Positions 1 through 7,470 of a stretch of 11,258 nucleotides of DNA are shown piece by piece. This DNA comes from Candidatus Wukongarchaeum yapensis (GTDB lineage Archaea; Asgardarchaeota; Wukongarchaeia; Wukongarchaeales; Wukongarchaeaceae): positions 1 to 11,258 of the forward strand of contig JAEOSI010000055.1 of the NCBI GenBank assembly GCA_016840425.1, written 5' to 3'. Position numbers and translations under genes: made by a program. The notes beneath the pieces were generated by a model. The model did not search any database. It was not told the origin of the DNA and worked only from the letters and a program-made list of their open reading frames with translations. Each line of letters opens with the position of its first letter. Positions within the stretch are counted from its first letter, which is position 1.

Positions 1-53
1 CTCGCCTGATTTGTACCAAAAATGAAACGATGGAGGATTTAACCATAATCAAA

Positions 54-551
54 TCATTCATAATATTTACTGATTTTCTTATGACCTTTTATCATATACC
101 TCCCTTTTAACGTATCTTCATCCGCCTTGTACGGTATTTTATCAGCTATACCAAGTTTTCTAAGCTCCTCCCTTATCCTCCTCGCATCCTCCTCATCAGT
201 CCAATCATAAGTATAAACACAAATAACCTTCATATCCGGACTAACAGCAAGCGGACTAGGCTTTGCCGTCGAAACCTTCGAACAACCCCCCAACCTCCCC
301 TCTTCCGTAGCCTTCTTAATCTTAGCCCAAACCTCATCCACATTCTTTATATCCACGAACACGAGCCACTTCCCACTACGAGGCGTCGGCTTTGGATACT
401 CGCCCTTTTTACTCCAAGCATAAATCCAATAAACATCCGCCACCTCAGAAGGCTTAGCACCAGAATACGGCGACGATACCTCTCTTTGCCCTTTTTTTCC
501 TTTAACCAAACTAATTTTGTCCGTATCTTCCGAGATTAATGTGTTTTTCAT
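54..551 (-). CDS. DUF1917/Bles03-like protein (eIF4E-like fold family; sometimes labelled putative phosphothreonine lyase domain)
   Basis: Motifs PSEVADVYWIYA, SGKWLVFV, VDEVWAKIKKATEEGRLG, KVST, VICVYTYDWTDEEDARRIREELRKLG and IPYKADEDT match my recollection of DUF1917. The ORF is open to 629, but ATG at 551 has an SD-like AAGGAAG upstream, and the extension overlaps a probable opposite-strand gene remnant. Confidence 0.75.
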   Translation of the reverse strand: MKNTLISEDTDKISLVKGKKGQREVSSPYSGAKPSEVADVYWIYAWSKKGEYPKPTPRSGKWLVFVDIKNVDEVWAKIKKATEEGRLGGCSKVSTAKPSPLAVSPDMKVICVYTYDWTDEEDARRIREELRKLGIADKIPYKADEDTLKGRYMIKGHKKISKYYE

Positions 552-568
552 TGGAAAAACTTCCTTAA

Positions 569-712
569 CAAAAAGTTCCATCAAAACTTTATTTAGTTTT
601 AGTCCATTTTGATAAAAGCGGAAAACCACTTTTCATGGAAATACTTAGAGCCAGTAAAATAATTCCACTAATGGTTGAAGGCTTAGCTAGAAAAGAAGTA
701 ACAGTGCCTTAA
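569..712 (+). pseudogene. Probable C-terminal remnant of a DUF2283-family protein
   Basis: Hand translation between stop 566-568 and stop 710-712 gives QKVPSKLYLVLVHFDKSGKPLFMEILRASKIIPLMVEGLARKEVTVP. LVHFDKSGKPLFMEILRASK resembles the DUF2283 C-terminal pattern (hhhDhDxxGxhhxhEILxAS). There is no start codon or N-terminal half. Not in the supplied ORF track. Confidence 0.5.
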
Positions 713-728
713 TCATGCAACAAACTAC

Positions 729-750
729 AAAAAAAGGGCTAATCTAGCCC
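729..750 (-). terminator. Hairpin plus U-tract (intrinsic-terminator-like) on the - strand
   Basis: Perfect 6-bp inverted repeat GGGCTA-atc-TAGCCC (736-750) preceded by A7 (729-735), which reads as hairpin + T7 on the - strand. The transcript it would end is not identified. Confidence 0.3.
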
Positions 751-944
751 ACCATCCTTCATCCTTAACTTAAAAGTGTCTATTTCTACCTTTTTCTTTT
801 TCAAATTGAAAACATAACACTCAACTTTAAACGGGAATGACAATCCCCTTTTTTTCCTCTTTTCTATGTTTTTCCCTTATAGGGGTGTTTTTAAACCGTT
901 CTCCAACACAAGATAGAAAGAAAAGATTTGTGGAGGGGAAAACT

Positions 945-1880
945 ATGAGTGTTCAAAAAATTGATTCGAGTGAAAACCTCGATCTAAAGCTAAAAAAAGA
1001 AACAAAAGAAGCAGAAGAAAGAAAGAAAAACTACCCCTACAACTATTTGAAAAGAATTCTTGGCAAGTCTCCTGAAGAGTTGGATAAACAGATTAAAGAA
1101 TGGAAAAAAGTAAAAGAAAAGGCTTGGAAAATACCCCTTGAAGCGATAGAAAAAATCATCCCCATAGAGCCATACGATCACGACCCATATAACAGAAAAG
1201 TAATCATCGTAAGAGGGAGAAAATTCCCAACAAGCTACAAAATAGGAGGAACAATATACAGACTAACAGAAAAAGAAACCTTACAACGCGGAAAATGGGC
1301 GATGTGCAAGATCATATACTTCAACAGTATTAGAGTGGGAACGGGAGAAATGCAACTAAGACACCTGAAAAAAGGAATAGAAGAAGCTGTAAAATTAGAA
1401 CACCGAGAAAAAATAAGAAAAGCCCTTGAAGAAAGAAGAAGAGTTCCAGAAAACGTTTTAAAAGACTATCCCAACCTTAAAAGATTAGAAGAACAACTAG
1501 ACTTTAACAAAGGATGGAAAAAACAAACACTAGAAGGACTAGAAAAAATAGCAAAACAATGCAGCAGTGCAGAAGAGTTTGAAAAAAAGGTAAGAACCCC
1601 TGACAAAAAGGATCTCATCTATGGTCCCATATATATTTTCGGCAAAGAAGAATACAGACTAAGAAAATTTAGAGTAAGTAAAAAATTCGATGATAAGTGG
1701 GGCGTCTTACGAATAGCCTATTACGGACAAAAAAATAACTCAGTAGAAAGAGAAAAAGCCCCAGCTTGGTTCGCTCCCCCCATTCACACTTCCCAAAAAG
1801 GAGCCTTAGATGCTTTGTTTAAGAGTCTAGGTATAGAAGACCTGAAAGATTATTGGAGAAAAGTAAACAGGAAAGAGTAA
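945..1880 (+). CDS. Lys/Glu-rich hypothetical protein (311 aa) with motifs resembling phage/MGE polyvalent-protein modules
   Basis: Long open frame. ATG 945 has GGAGGGG at 932-938, whereas the 36 codons from ATG 837 are low-complexity T-rich. Contains EHREKIRKALEERRRVPENVLKDYPNL, IAKQCSSAEEF and LKDYWRKVN. Confidence 0.7.
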   Translation: MSVQKIDSSENLDLKLKKETKEAEERKKNYPYNYLKRILGKSPEELDKQIKEWKKVKEKAWKIPLEAIEKIIPIEPYDHDPYNRKVIIVRGRKFPTSYKIGGTIYRLTEKETLQRGKWAMCKIIYFNSIRVGTGEMQLRHLKKGIEEAVKLEHREKIRKALEERRRVPENVLKDYPNLKRLEEQLDFNKGWKKQTLEGLEKIAKQCSSAEEFEKKVRTPDKKDLIYGPIYIFGKEEYRLRKFRVSKKFDDKWGVLRIAYYGQKNNSVEREKAPAWFAPPIHTSQKGALDALFKSLGIEDLKDYWRKVNRKE

Positions 1881-1988
1881 GAGGGTTCATGAAACCACTA
1901 ATTTCCTGTTTTTAAGTGAAAAATGCTTGGTTGTAACATGTGAGTTAGAAAGCAGAGACATTCACTACTCATCCCCCTTTATAATTGC

Positions 1989-2037
1989 GTTATAGAATAG
2001 TGTTAGAGAACAGTTATAGCGTTAGAGAACAGTTATA
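1989..2037. repeat. Direct repeat GTTAGAGAACAGTTATA x2 plus a degenerate partial copy
   Basis: Exact 17-mers at 2002-2018 and 2021-2037. GTTATAGAATAGT at 1989-2001 matches the first 13 nt at 11/13. Confidence 0.85.
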
Positions 2038-2141
2038 AATTTTCAAAAAGTTCTTTTCAAAACATTCCTTCCCATTTTTCAAAACGTTCTTTGCATGCTT
2101 GACAGACCTTCTGTTTGAAATATTGTCCGTTTGGCAATCTT

Positions 2142-2474
2142 TCAATATAGTATAAGAGGTGTAAATTTTTCACGACAATATTTACAGTCTCCAAATTTTT
2201 GATAGCAATCTAAGCAGAGTGCTGCGACTTCGTATAATCTCCTTGGTTGGTATCCTTTTTCTTCACTTAGTTGTTCCCATTCCCGCGTATCAATTGTTTT
2301 GATTTTACCAGTTGTTATCCATTCTTTTGGTATCTTGAGTTTTGTTGGGTGGAGTATCGTGTCAGCTCCATCTTCTCTTTCTCCATCTGGACAGATTATT
2401 CTCTCTCCTTCTTTGACCTTTTTGCCACACCACCAACATTTATCAATTGTCAGCCTGATTTTTTGAGGAAGCAT
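2142..2474 (-). CDS. Cys-rich putative zinc-finger protein; probably continues to 2057 in the +1 frame
   Basis: ATG 2474 has an SD-like GGTTGAGGGA upstream. CWWC, CLDC and CKYC pairs are present, and a fourth pair (CQAC) lies just downstream in another frame. Confidence 0.6.
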   Translation of the reverse strand: MLPQKIRLTIDKCWWCGKKVKEGERIICPDGEREDGADTILHPTKLKIPKEWITTGKIKTIDTREWEQLSEEKGYQPRRLYEVAALCLDCYQKFGDCKYCREKFTPLILY

Positions 2475-2684
2475 GAGGTATCCCTCAACCTAATGTGCAG
2501 TATTTATTTAAACGAATCTGTTTCGCTTTTTATTACTATAATTTTAACAAATCCTCGTATAATAACTTGGAAGGGATTTATCCTATTAAAAACTTTTAAT
2601 CACCTTTTTTTCTTCAAAATCATCCTCTTTATACTAACAAAAAATTAAAACAAAAAACTTCATATAGAACGAAAAGTTTTTCCA

Positions 2685-2702
2685 CGTAAACTTTTATAAA
2701 AA
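2685..2702. promoter_or_regulatory. Candidate archaeal TATA box in the divergent AT-rich spacer
   Basis: CGTAAAC followed by palindromic TTTTATAAAA (2692-2701), between the divergent Zn-finger gene and psmA. The spacer is AT-rich, so chance occurrence is possible. Confidence 0.35.
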
Positions 2703-2843
2703 TACAAAAGGACTTAAATAATGCGTGTTATCTTAAAAAAAAGAAAAAGAAAAGAAAAACGAAAAAAACTTGATTTTATTATATTCAAATTAAAAAGATA
2801 ATTAAGAGATTTTGTTCTTTATTAAAGGAAGGTGAAAGAAAAA

Positions 2844-3590
2844 ATGTTCAGTCCCCAAGGATTAGGATACGACAGGGCAGTAAGCGTTTTTAGCCCAGAC
2901 GGTCGCCTCTTCCAAGTAGAATACGCAATAGAAGCCGTAAGAAGAGGCACAACCGCATGCGGAATCAAATGCAATGAGGGATGCGTACTCGCAGTCGAAA
3001 AAAGACTGCACTCAAAACTAATGGAACCAGAAACAGTAAGAAAAATATTCATGATCGACTCCCACATCGGAGCAGCCATATCAGGCCTAACCGCAGACGC
3101 AAGAGTCTTAATAAACTACGCAAGAATCCAAGCTCAGATATACAGGCTTACTTACGACGAAGCAATGCAAGTGGAGACTCTAACACGGAAATTAGGCGAT
3201 CTCCTCCAGTTATACACCCAACACGGCGGTGTGCGTCCTTTTGGTGTTTCGTTGTTGATTGCTGGTGTTGATATGACTGGTTCTCAGTTGTTTGCTAGTG
3301 AGCCTAGTGGTTCTTATTGGGGTTATCGTGCTGTTAGTATTGGTGGTGGTTCTCAGGTTGCTACGGAGATTTTGGAGGGTAATCATAAGAATGAGATGGC
3401 GTTGGATGATGCTACTGTTATGGCTTTGAGGTCTATTAAGACGGCTATTGAGGGTCCTTTGGATCCTGAGAAGGTTGAGATTGCTGTTATTCCTGCGGAT
3501 GTTATGGTTTTTAAGAAGTTGTCTTTTGGTGAGGTTTCGGAGTATATTGGGAGGCTTGGTGGTGAGGAAGAGGAGAAGGAGGAGGAGTAG
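2844..3590 (+). CDS. psmA: 20S proteasome alpha subunit
   Basis: GYDRAVSVFSPDGRLFQVEYAIEAV N-terminal signature, EKI-like VRKIFMIDSHIGAAISGLTADAR, and RPFGVSLLIAG. ATG 2844 follows the SD AGGAAGGTGA. Confidence 0.98.
   Translation: MFSPQGLGYDRAVSVFSPDGRLFQVEYAIEAVRRGTTACGIKCNEGCVLAVEKRLHSKLMEPETVRKIFMIDSHIGAAISGLTADARVLINYARIQAQIYRLTYDEAMQVETLTRKLGDLLQLYTQHGGVRPFGVSLLIAGVDMTGSQLFASEPSGSYWGYRAVSIGGGSQVATEILEGNHKNEMALDDATVMALRSIKTAIEGPLDPEKVEIAVIPADVMVFKKLSFGEVSEYIGRLGGEEEEKEEE
3227..3228. other. Abrupt amino-to-keto (A/C to G/T) strand-composition switch point inside psmA
   Basis: About 105 of 128 psmA codons before 3228 end in A/C, while 120 of 121 codons from 3228 to the stop end in G/T (hand count). 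Confidence 0.95.
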
Positions 3591-3681
3591 GGTATTGGTT
3601 TTTTGTTTTGTTTTTTTTGAGGTATAGTTGGTTGTTGTAGGTTTTTGGGTTGGGGGGGGTTTGTAGGTTTGGTGATGGTTT

Positions 3682-4410
3682 ATGGCTACTATTCGTGGGG
3701 AAAAGCATGTTGATTTGGGTAAGCGTGCTTTGGCTAGGGTTGTTAGGGATGGGGAGCATTTTGAGGTTATTGTGGATCCTGTTTTGGCGTGGCGTTATCG
3801 TAGGGGTGATGAGAGTGTTGATATTCGTGATGTTCTTGAGGGTTGGGTTGTTTTTAAGAATGCTTTGAAGGGGGAGAGGGCTGGTGAGGAGGTGTTGGTT
3901 AAGGCTTTTGGGACTGATGATGGTTTGAAGGTTGCGGATGTTATTATTAGAGAGGGTGAGGTGCAGCTTACTGTTGAGCAGCGTAGGAAGATGGTTGAGG
4001 CTAAGAGGAAGCAGATTGTTGCGTGGATTAGTAGGAATTGTATTGATCCTGGGAGGGGGGCGCCTCATCCTCCTACTCGTATTGAGAGGGCTATGAATGA
4101 GGCTAGTGTGATTATTGATCCGTTTAAGGATGTTGAGGAGCAGGCTGTTGATGTTGTTAAGGCTTTGATGCCTATTATTCCTATTAGGTTGGAGCGTATG
4201 CTTGTGGAGATGACTTTTCCTCCGCAGTTTTCTGGGAAGGCTTATGGTGTTGTGAGTAAGTATGGTGTTATTAAGGAGGATAAGTGGTTGTCTAATGGGG
4301 CTTGGAATGTTCAAGTGGAGTTGCCTGCTGGTTTGAAGGCGGAGTTGTCTGATGAGGTTAGTAAAATGACGAGGGGAAAGGTTGAGGTTAAAGTTGTTGA
4401 GAGAATGTAA
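3682..4410 (+). CDS. sdo1: Ribosome maturation factor SBDS/Sdo1
   Basis: [67 protein letters not shown] and C-terminal ferredoxin-like domain. GGTGA SD at 3671-3675. Canonical position after psmA. Confidence 0.97.
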   Translation: MATIRGEKHVDLGKRALARVVRDGEHFEVIVDPVLAWRYRRGDESVDIRDVLEGWVVFKNALKGERAGEEVLVKAFGTDDGLKVADVIIREGEVQLTVEQRRKMVEAKRKQIVAWISRNCIDPGRGAPHPPTRIERAMNEASVIIDPFKDVEEQAVDVVKALMPIIPIRLERMLVEMTFPPQFSGKAYGVVSKYGVIKEDKWLSNGAWNVQVELPAGLKAELSDEVSKMTRGKVEVKVVERM

Positions 4411-4653
4411 TAAATATGGGATAGATGAGGTTGTATTGGGTGGTTAATATTTGTGTTGGTGATGTGTTGGGATTTAATCTTTGGAATTTTTTTGTTGCAA
4501 TTTTAGTTGTTATCCGTGTTGGTTTTGTTTTGAAAGTGATATGATGTATGTTTATTTGTTGTTTGTTCGTTGGTTTGTTTGTTATTGATTTTTGGTGTTT
4601 TTTTGTGTAGGTGAAGTGTTTTTGTGTTTTGTTTTTTGAGAGGTGTTTGAGCG

Positions 4654-5433
4654 ATGGGTTATAATAATGGTAATAATGATGATGATGAGGTTGAAGGTAT
4701 TGTCCATGTTGTGGAAACGGAGGAAGGGAAGTTTTTTTTTGAGCGTTTTCAGATTGTTATTCCAGGGACGCTTTTAGGTAAGGGTAGGTTTAAGGCTGGT
4801 GAGGGTTGTTATAGGGAGAATGATGATTTTTATGCTTCTGTTGTGGGTCTTGCGGATTTTAGGGAGGGTTTTATTATGGTTGTTCCTTTGGAGGGTATTT
4901 ATATTCCTAAGGAGGAGGATATAGTTATTGGGACGATTATGGATACCCGTATTACGTCTTGGAGGGTGGATATAAGGGCGCCTTATGAGGCTATATTGAC
5001 GGCGAGCAATTTTTTAGATAAGCCTTTTAGTCCTGTTTATGATGATGTTAGGGATATTTTAAGTATTGGTGATGTTATAGTTGCAAAGATTTTGTCTTTT
5101 GATAGGACTAGGGATCCTATTTTGATGGCTAAGGGGCAGGGTTTGGGGAGGCTTCATTCGGGGCGGATTATTGAGATTCGTCCGACGAAGGTTCCTCGTG
5201 TTATTGGTAAGCGGGGTAGTATGATTAATCTTTTGAAGAGAGAGACAGGATGTAGGATTGTTGTGGGTCAGAATGGTCGTATTTGGGTTAGTGGTAGGAG
5301 TTTTGAGGATGAGTATTTGGTTGTTCAGGCTTTGAAGAAGATAGAGAGGGAGGCGCATACTAGTGGGCTTACTGATCGTGTTAAGGATTTGATAAGGAAC
5401 GAAAAAGAAAGGAGGCATAAGGAGAGTGAATAA
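4654..5433 (+). CDS. rrp4: Exosome RNA-binding cap subunit Rrp4 (S1 + KH)
   Basis: VIPGTLL, YIPKEEDIVIG, S1 region WRVDIRAPY, KH motif VPRVIGKRGSMI, and GQNGRIW. GAGGTG SD at 4640-4645. Confidence 0.97.
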   Translation: MGYNNGNNDDDEVEGIVHVVETEEGKFFFERFQIVIPGTLLGKGRFKAGEGCYRENDDFYASVVGLADFREGFIMVVPLEGIYIPKEEDIVIGTIMDTRITSWRVDIRAPYEAILTASNFLDKPFSPVYDDVRDILSIGDVIVAKILSFDRTRDPILMAKGQGLGRLHSGRIIEIRPTKVPRVIGKRGSMINLLKRETGCRIVVGQNGRIWVSGRSFEDEYLVVQALKKIEREAHTSGLTDRVKDLIRNEKERRHKESE

Positions 5434-6199
5434 CGTGACGTTGGTTAGGAAGGAACCGTCTGAGAGTTTATTTAGGGAAGATGGTTTGAGGTTGGATGGT
5501 CGTGGTTTAGATGAGTTGCGTCCTATAAGGATGGAAGTTGGTGTTTTGAATAATGCTGATGGTTCTGCTTATGTTGAGCATGGGAAGAACAAGATTGTTG
5601 CGGCGGTTTATGGTCCGAGAGAGTTGCATCCGAAGCATTTAGCGTTGCCTGATAAGGCTTTGGTACGTTGTGAGTATCGTATGGCTACTTTTAGCGTGGA
5701 AGAGAGGAAAAGCCCGGCTCCGGGTAGGCGTGAGGTTGAGCTTTCTAAGGTTATCAGGGAGTCTTTAGAGCCGGCGATTTTTGTTTATAAGTATCCTAGG
5801 GCTACTATTGATGTTTTTGTTCAGATACTGCAGGCTGATGGTGGTACGAGGTGTGCTAGTATTACTGCTGCTGCTCTTGCTTTGGCGGATGCTGGTGTGC
5901 CTATGAGGGATTTAGTTGTAGGGTGTGCTGTTGGAAAAATTGAAGGCAAGGTTGCTGTTGATCTGTCTGATGTAGAGGATAAGCTTGGAGAGGGGGATAT
6001 ACCTATGGCTTTAATGCCTACGAAAAAAGTTATAACTTTGCTTCAGTCTGATGGTGATTTTACTCCAGAAGAGTTTAAACAGGCACTGGAGATGGGTATA
6101 GCTGCTTGTGAGAAGATATATGAAATGCAAAGAGATATTTTAATCGAGAGGTATTCAAAGGTTCGTGAAGAAGTTGCTGAGGAACAAGAAGAAGAGTAG
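5426..6199 (+). CDS. rrp41: Exosome catalytic RNase PH subunit Rrp41
   Basis: RLDGRGLDELRPI, ADGSAYVEHGKNKIVAAVYGPRE, RREVELSKVI, QADGGTRCASITAA, and the acidic catalytic segment EDKLGEGD. GTG start (5426 or 5435) overlaps or abuts the rrp4 stop. Confidence 0.98.
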   Translation: MNNVTLVRKEPSESLFREDGLRLDGRGLDELRPIRMEVGVLNNADGSAYVEHGKNKIVAAVYGPRELHPKHLALPDKALVRCEYRMATFSVEERKSPAPGRREVELSKVIRESLEPAIFVYKYPRATIDVFVQILQADGGTRCASITAAALALADAGVPMRDLVVGCAVGKIEGKVAVDLSDVEDKLGEGDIPMALMPTKKVITLLQSDGDFTPEEFKQALEMGIAACEKIYEMQRDILIERYSKVREEVAEEQEEE

Positions 6200-6283
6200 T
6201 TAAAATCGGTTGAAGATTGAGTATTTGTTTGTTTGTTTGTTTTCTTTATTGTTTTTTTGAGTACTATTAGGAGGTAATTTGTT

Positions 6284-7117
6284 TTGGTAGGTTTGAGTGA
6301 AGTTACTTCGGCGATTGAAAGGGAGCATATTTCTTCCCTTCTGGTTCATGGTAAGAGGATAGATGATCGTGGTCTTTTTGAGTTTCGGAATATTGAAGTT
6401 GAGGTTTCCCCTATAGAGAAGGCTGAAGGTTCTGCTCAGGTTGTTTTGGGGGGAACAAAAGTAGTTGCGGGGGTAAAGGTTGATGTAGGCCCTCCTTTTT
6501 CTGATACCCCGAATAAAGGAGTTTTAACTTGTAATGCGGAATTGACCCCTATTGCTTCTCCTTTTTTTGAATCTGGTCCGCCTGATGAGCAAACGGTGGA
6601 GTTAGCTAGAGTTGTTGATAGAGGAATAAGGGAATCGAAGGCTGTGGATTTAGAAAAACTTGTTTTGATCCCGGGTGAAAAAGTTCGGGTTTGTTTTGTA
6701 GACGTTTACGTTCTCGATTATGATGGGAACCTTTTTGATGCTTCAGAAATTGCAGCAAGCGTGGCCTTGATGGCTGCGAAAGTGCCTGAAGTAGAGGTAA
6801 ACGAAGACACTGGCGAGATAACTGTACTGGATAAAAAGCAATTATTGCCTATAAGTAATATACCTGTATCTGCTACCTTTGCAAAAATTGATGGTGTTTT
6901 AGTTTTAGATCCTTGCTTAAAAGAGGAGCGAGTTCAAGATGCTCGTATCACTATGACATCCACTCAGGAGGGGAATATTTGTGCTTTCCAAAAGGGAGGT
7001 ATAGGCACAATAACATTAGAGGATGTTGATACTGTTATAGAGGTAGTAAAAGAAAAAGCAGAACCTGTAAGAGATCTTATAAGAGAGTTAACAAAGGAAG
7101 TAAGAGGAGAAATTTGA
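6284..7117 (+). CDS. rrp42: Exosome RNase PH-like subunit Rrp42
   Basis: GKRIDDRGLFEFR, AEGSAQVVLGGTKVVAGVK, PFSDTPNKG, ELARVVDRGIRES, and VLDYDGNLFDA. TTG start with AGGAGGT at 6269-6275. Confidence 0.98.
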   Translation: MVGLSEVTSAIEREHISSLLVHGKRIDDRGLFEFRNIEVEVSPIEKAEGSAQVVLGGTKVVAGVKVDVGPPFSDTPNKGVLTCNAELTPIASPFFESGPPDEQTVELARVVDRGIRESKAVDLEKLVLIPGEKVRVCFVDVYVLDYDGNLFDASEIAASVALMAAKVPEVEVNEDTGEITVLDKKQLLPISNIPVSATFAKIDGVLVLDPCLKEERVQDARITMTSTQEGNICAFQKGGIGTITLEDVDTVIEVVKEKAEPVRDLIRELTKEVRGEI

Positions 7118-7135
7118 ACCCATTCCATATTTTTT

Positions 7136-7151
7136 CCGAAAATTTAAAAAA
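7136..7151 (+). promoter_or_regulatory. Candidate internal BRE-TATA promoter for rpl37ae
   Basis: CCGAAAA followed by TTTAAAAAA, about 35-45 nt upstream of ATG 7186 and directly after a T-run that follows the rrp42 stop. Confidence 0.5.
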
Positions 7152-7185
7152 TAAAGCGATCTCCATTTGTTAAAAGGTGTTGTCC

Positions 7186-7470
7186 ATGGGGCGTGCTAAG
7201 AAGATAGGCATAGCTGGAAAGTTTGGAACCCGTTACGGGTCAACGCTTCGTAAACGGTTCCGCGACATAGAGGAAAAGATGAAAAAGAAACACACGTGTC
7301 CGTCTTGTTTCACTCGGACGGTGAAAAGAGTTTTTGCTGGAGTTTGGAAATGTAAAAAATGCGGAAGAACCTTTGCAGGTGGCGCCTATTTACCCTTTAC
7401 GGCTGTTGGAAAAAGCATAAAAAGGACTGTAAGACGGATAGAAGAAGAAAAAGAAGAAGAAGAAAAGTGA
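7186..7470 (+). CDS. rpl37ae: 50S ribosomal protein L37ae (eL43)
   Basis: GKFGTRYGSTLRKR, zinc finger CPSC...GVWKCKKC, and FAGGAYLP. ATG 7186 follows AGGTG. Confidence 0.98.
   Translation: MGRAKKIGIAGKFGTRYGSTLRKRFRDIEEKMKKKHTCPSCFTRTVKRVFAGVWKCKKCGRTFAGGAYLPFTAVGKSIKRTVRRIEEEKEEEEK

Noticed and set aside
631-642. TTTCATGGAAAT resembling a mini-ORB
   Set aside because: Single imperfect match inside the DUF2283-like frame, 2.6 kb from the skew jump, with no cdc6 in the window.
990-1181. 63-aa Phe-rich minus ORF (likewise 10580-10876)
   Set aside because: Antisense read-out of Lys/Glu-rich A-tract coding sequence.
1989-2037. CRISPR interpretation of the direct repeats
   Set aside because: Repeats are 17 bp with 2-bp gaps and no spacers, and there are no cas genes in the window.
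2040-2092. Three TTTTCAAAA-containing imperfect repeats
   Set aside because: Short and AT-rich, and two lie in the proposed coding extension of the Zn-finger gene; likely chance.
2271-2648. 125-aa + strand ORF
   Set aside because: Antisense to the Zn-finger gene and runs into AT-rich spacer; Phe-rich with no motif.
2822-3271. ORFs 2822-3079 (-) and 2981-3271 (+)
   Set aside because: Overlap the unambiguous psmA in other frames.
3599-3618. T-tracts after psmA as a terminator
   Set aside because: Plausible, but indistinguishable from the background T-richness of this zone.
3650-3868. 72-aa + ORF, and the G8 tract at 3652-3659 as a possible G-quadruplex
   Set aside because: The ORF is an alternative frame of sdo1. 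The G tracts are too few for a convincing four-tract G4 and are explained by composition.
3511-4314. 267-aa antisense ORF over sdo1
   Set aside because: In codon register with sdo1. Antisense stops need TTA/CTA/TCA on the + strand, which is nearly impossible when third positions are all G/T. The product is low-complexity N/T/P/L/I, so it is a shadow of the skew.
4425-4544. 39-aa hydrophobic ORF (MRLYWVVNIC...) in the sdo1-rrp4 spacer
   Set aside because: Hydrophobicity and lack of stops are expected from G/T-only sequence, and there is no clear SD.
5059-5418. 119-aa antisense ORF over rrp4
   Set aside because: Same in-register shadow effect.
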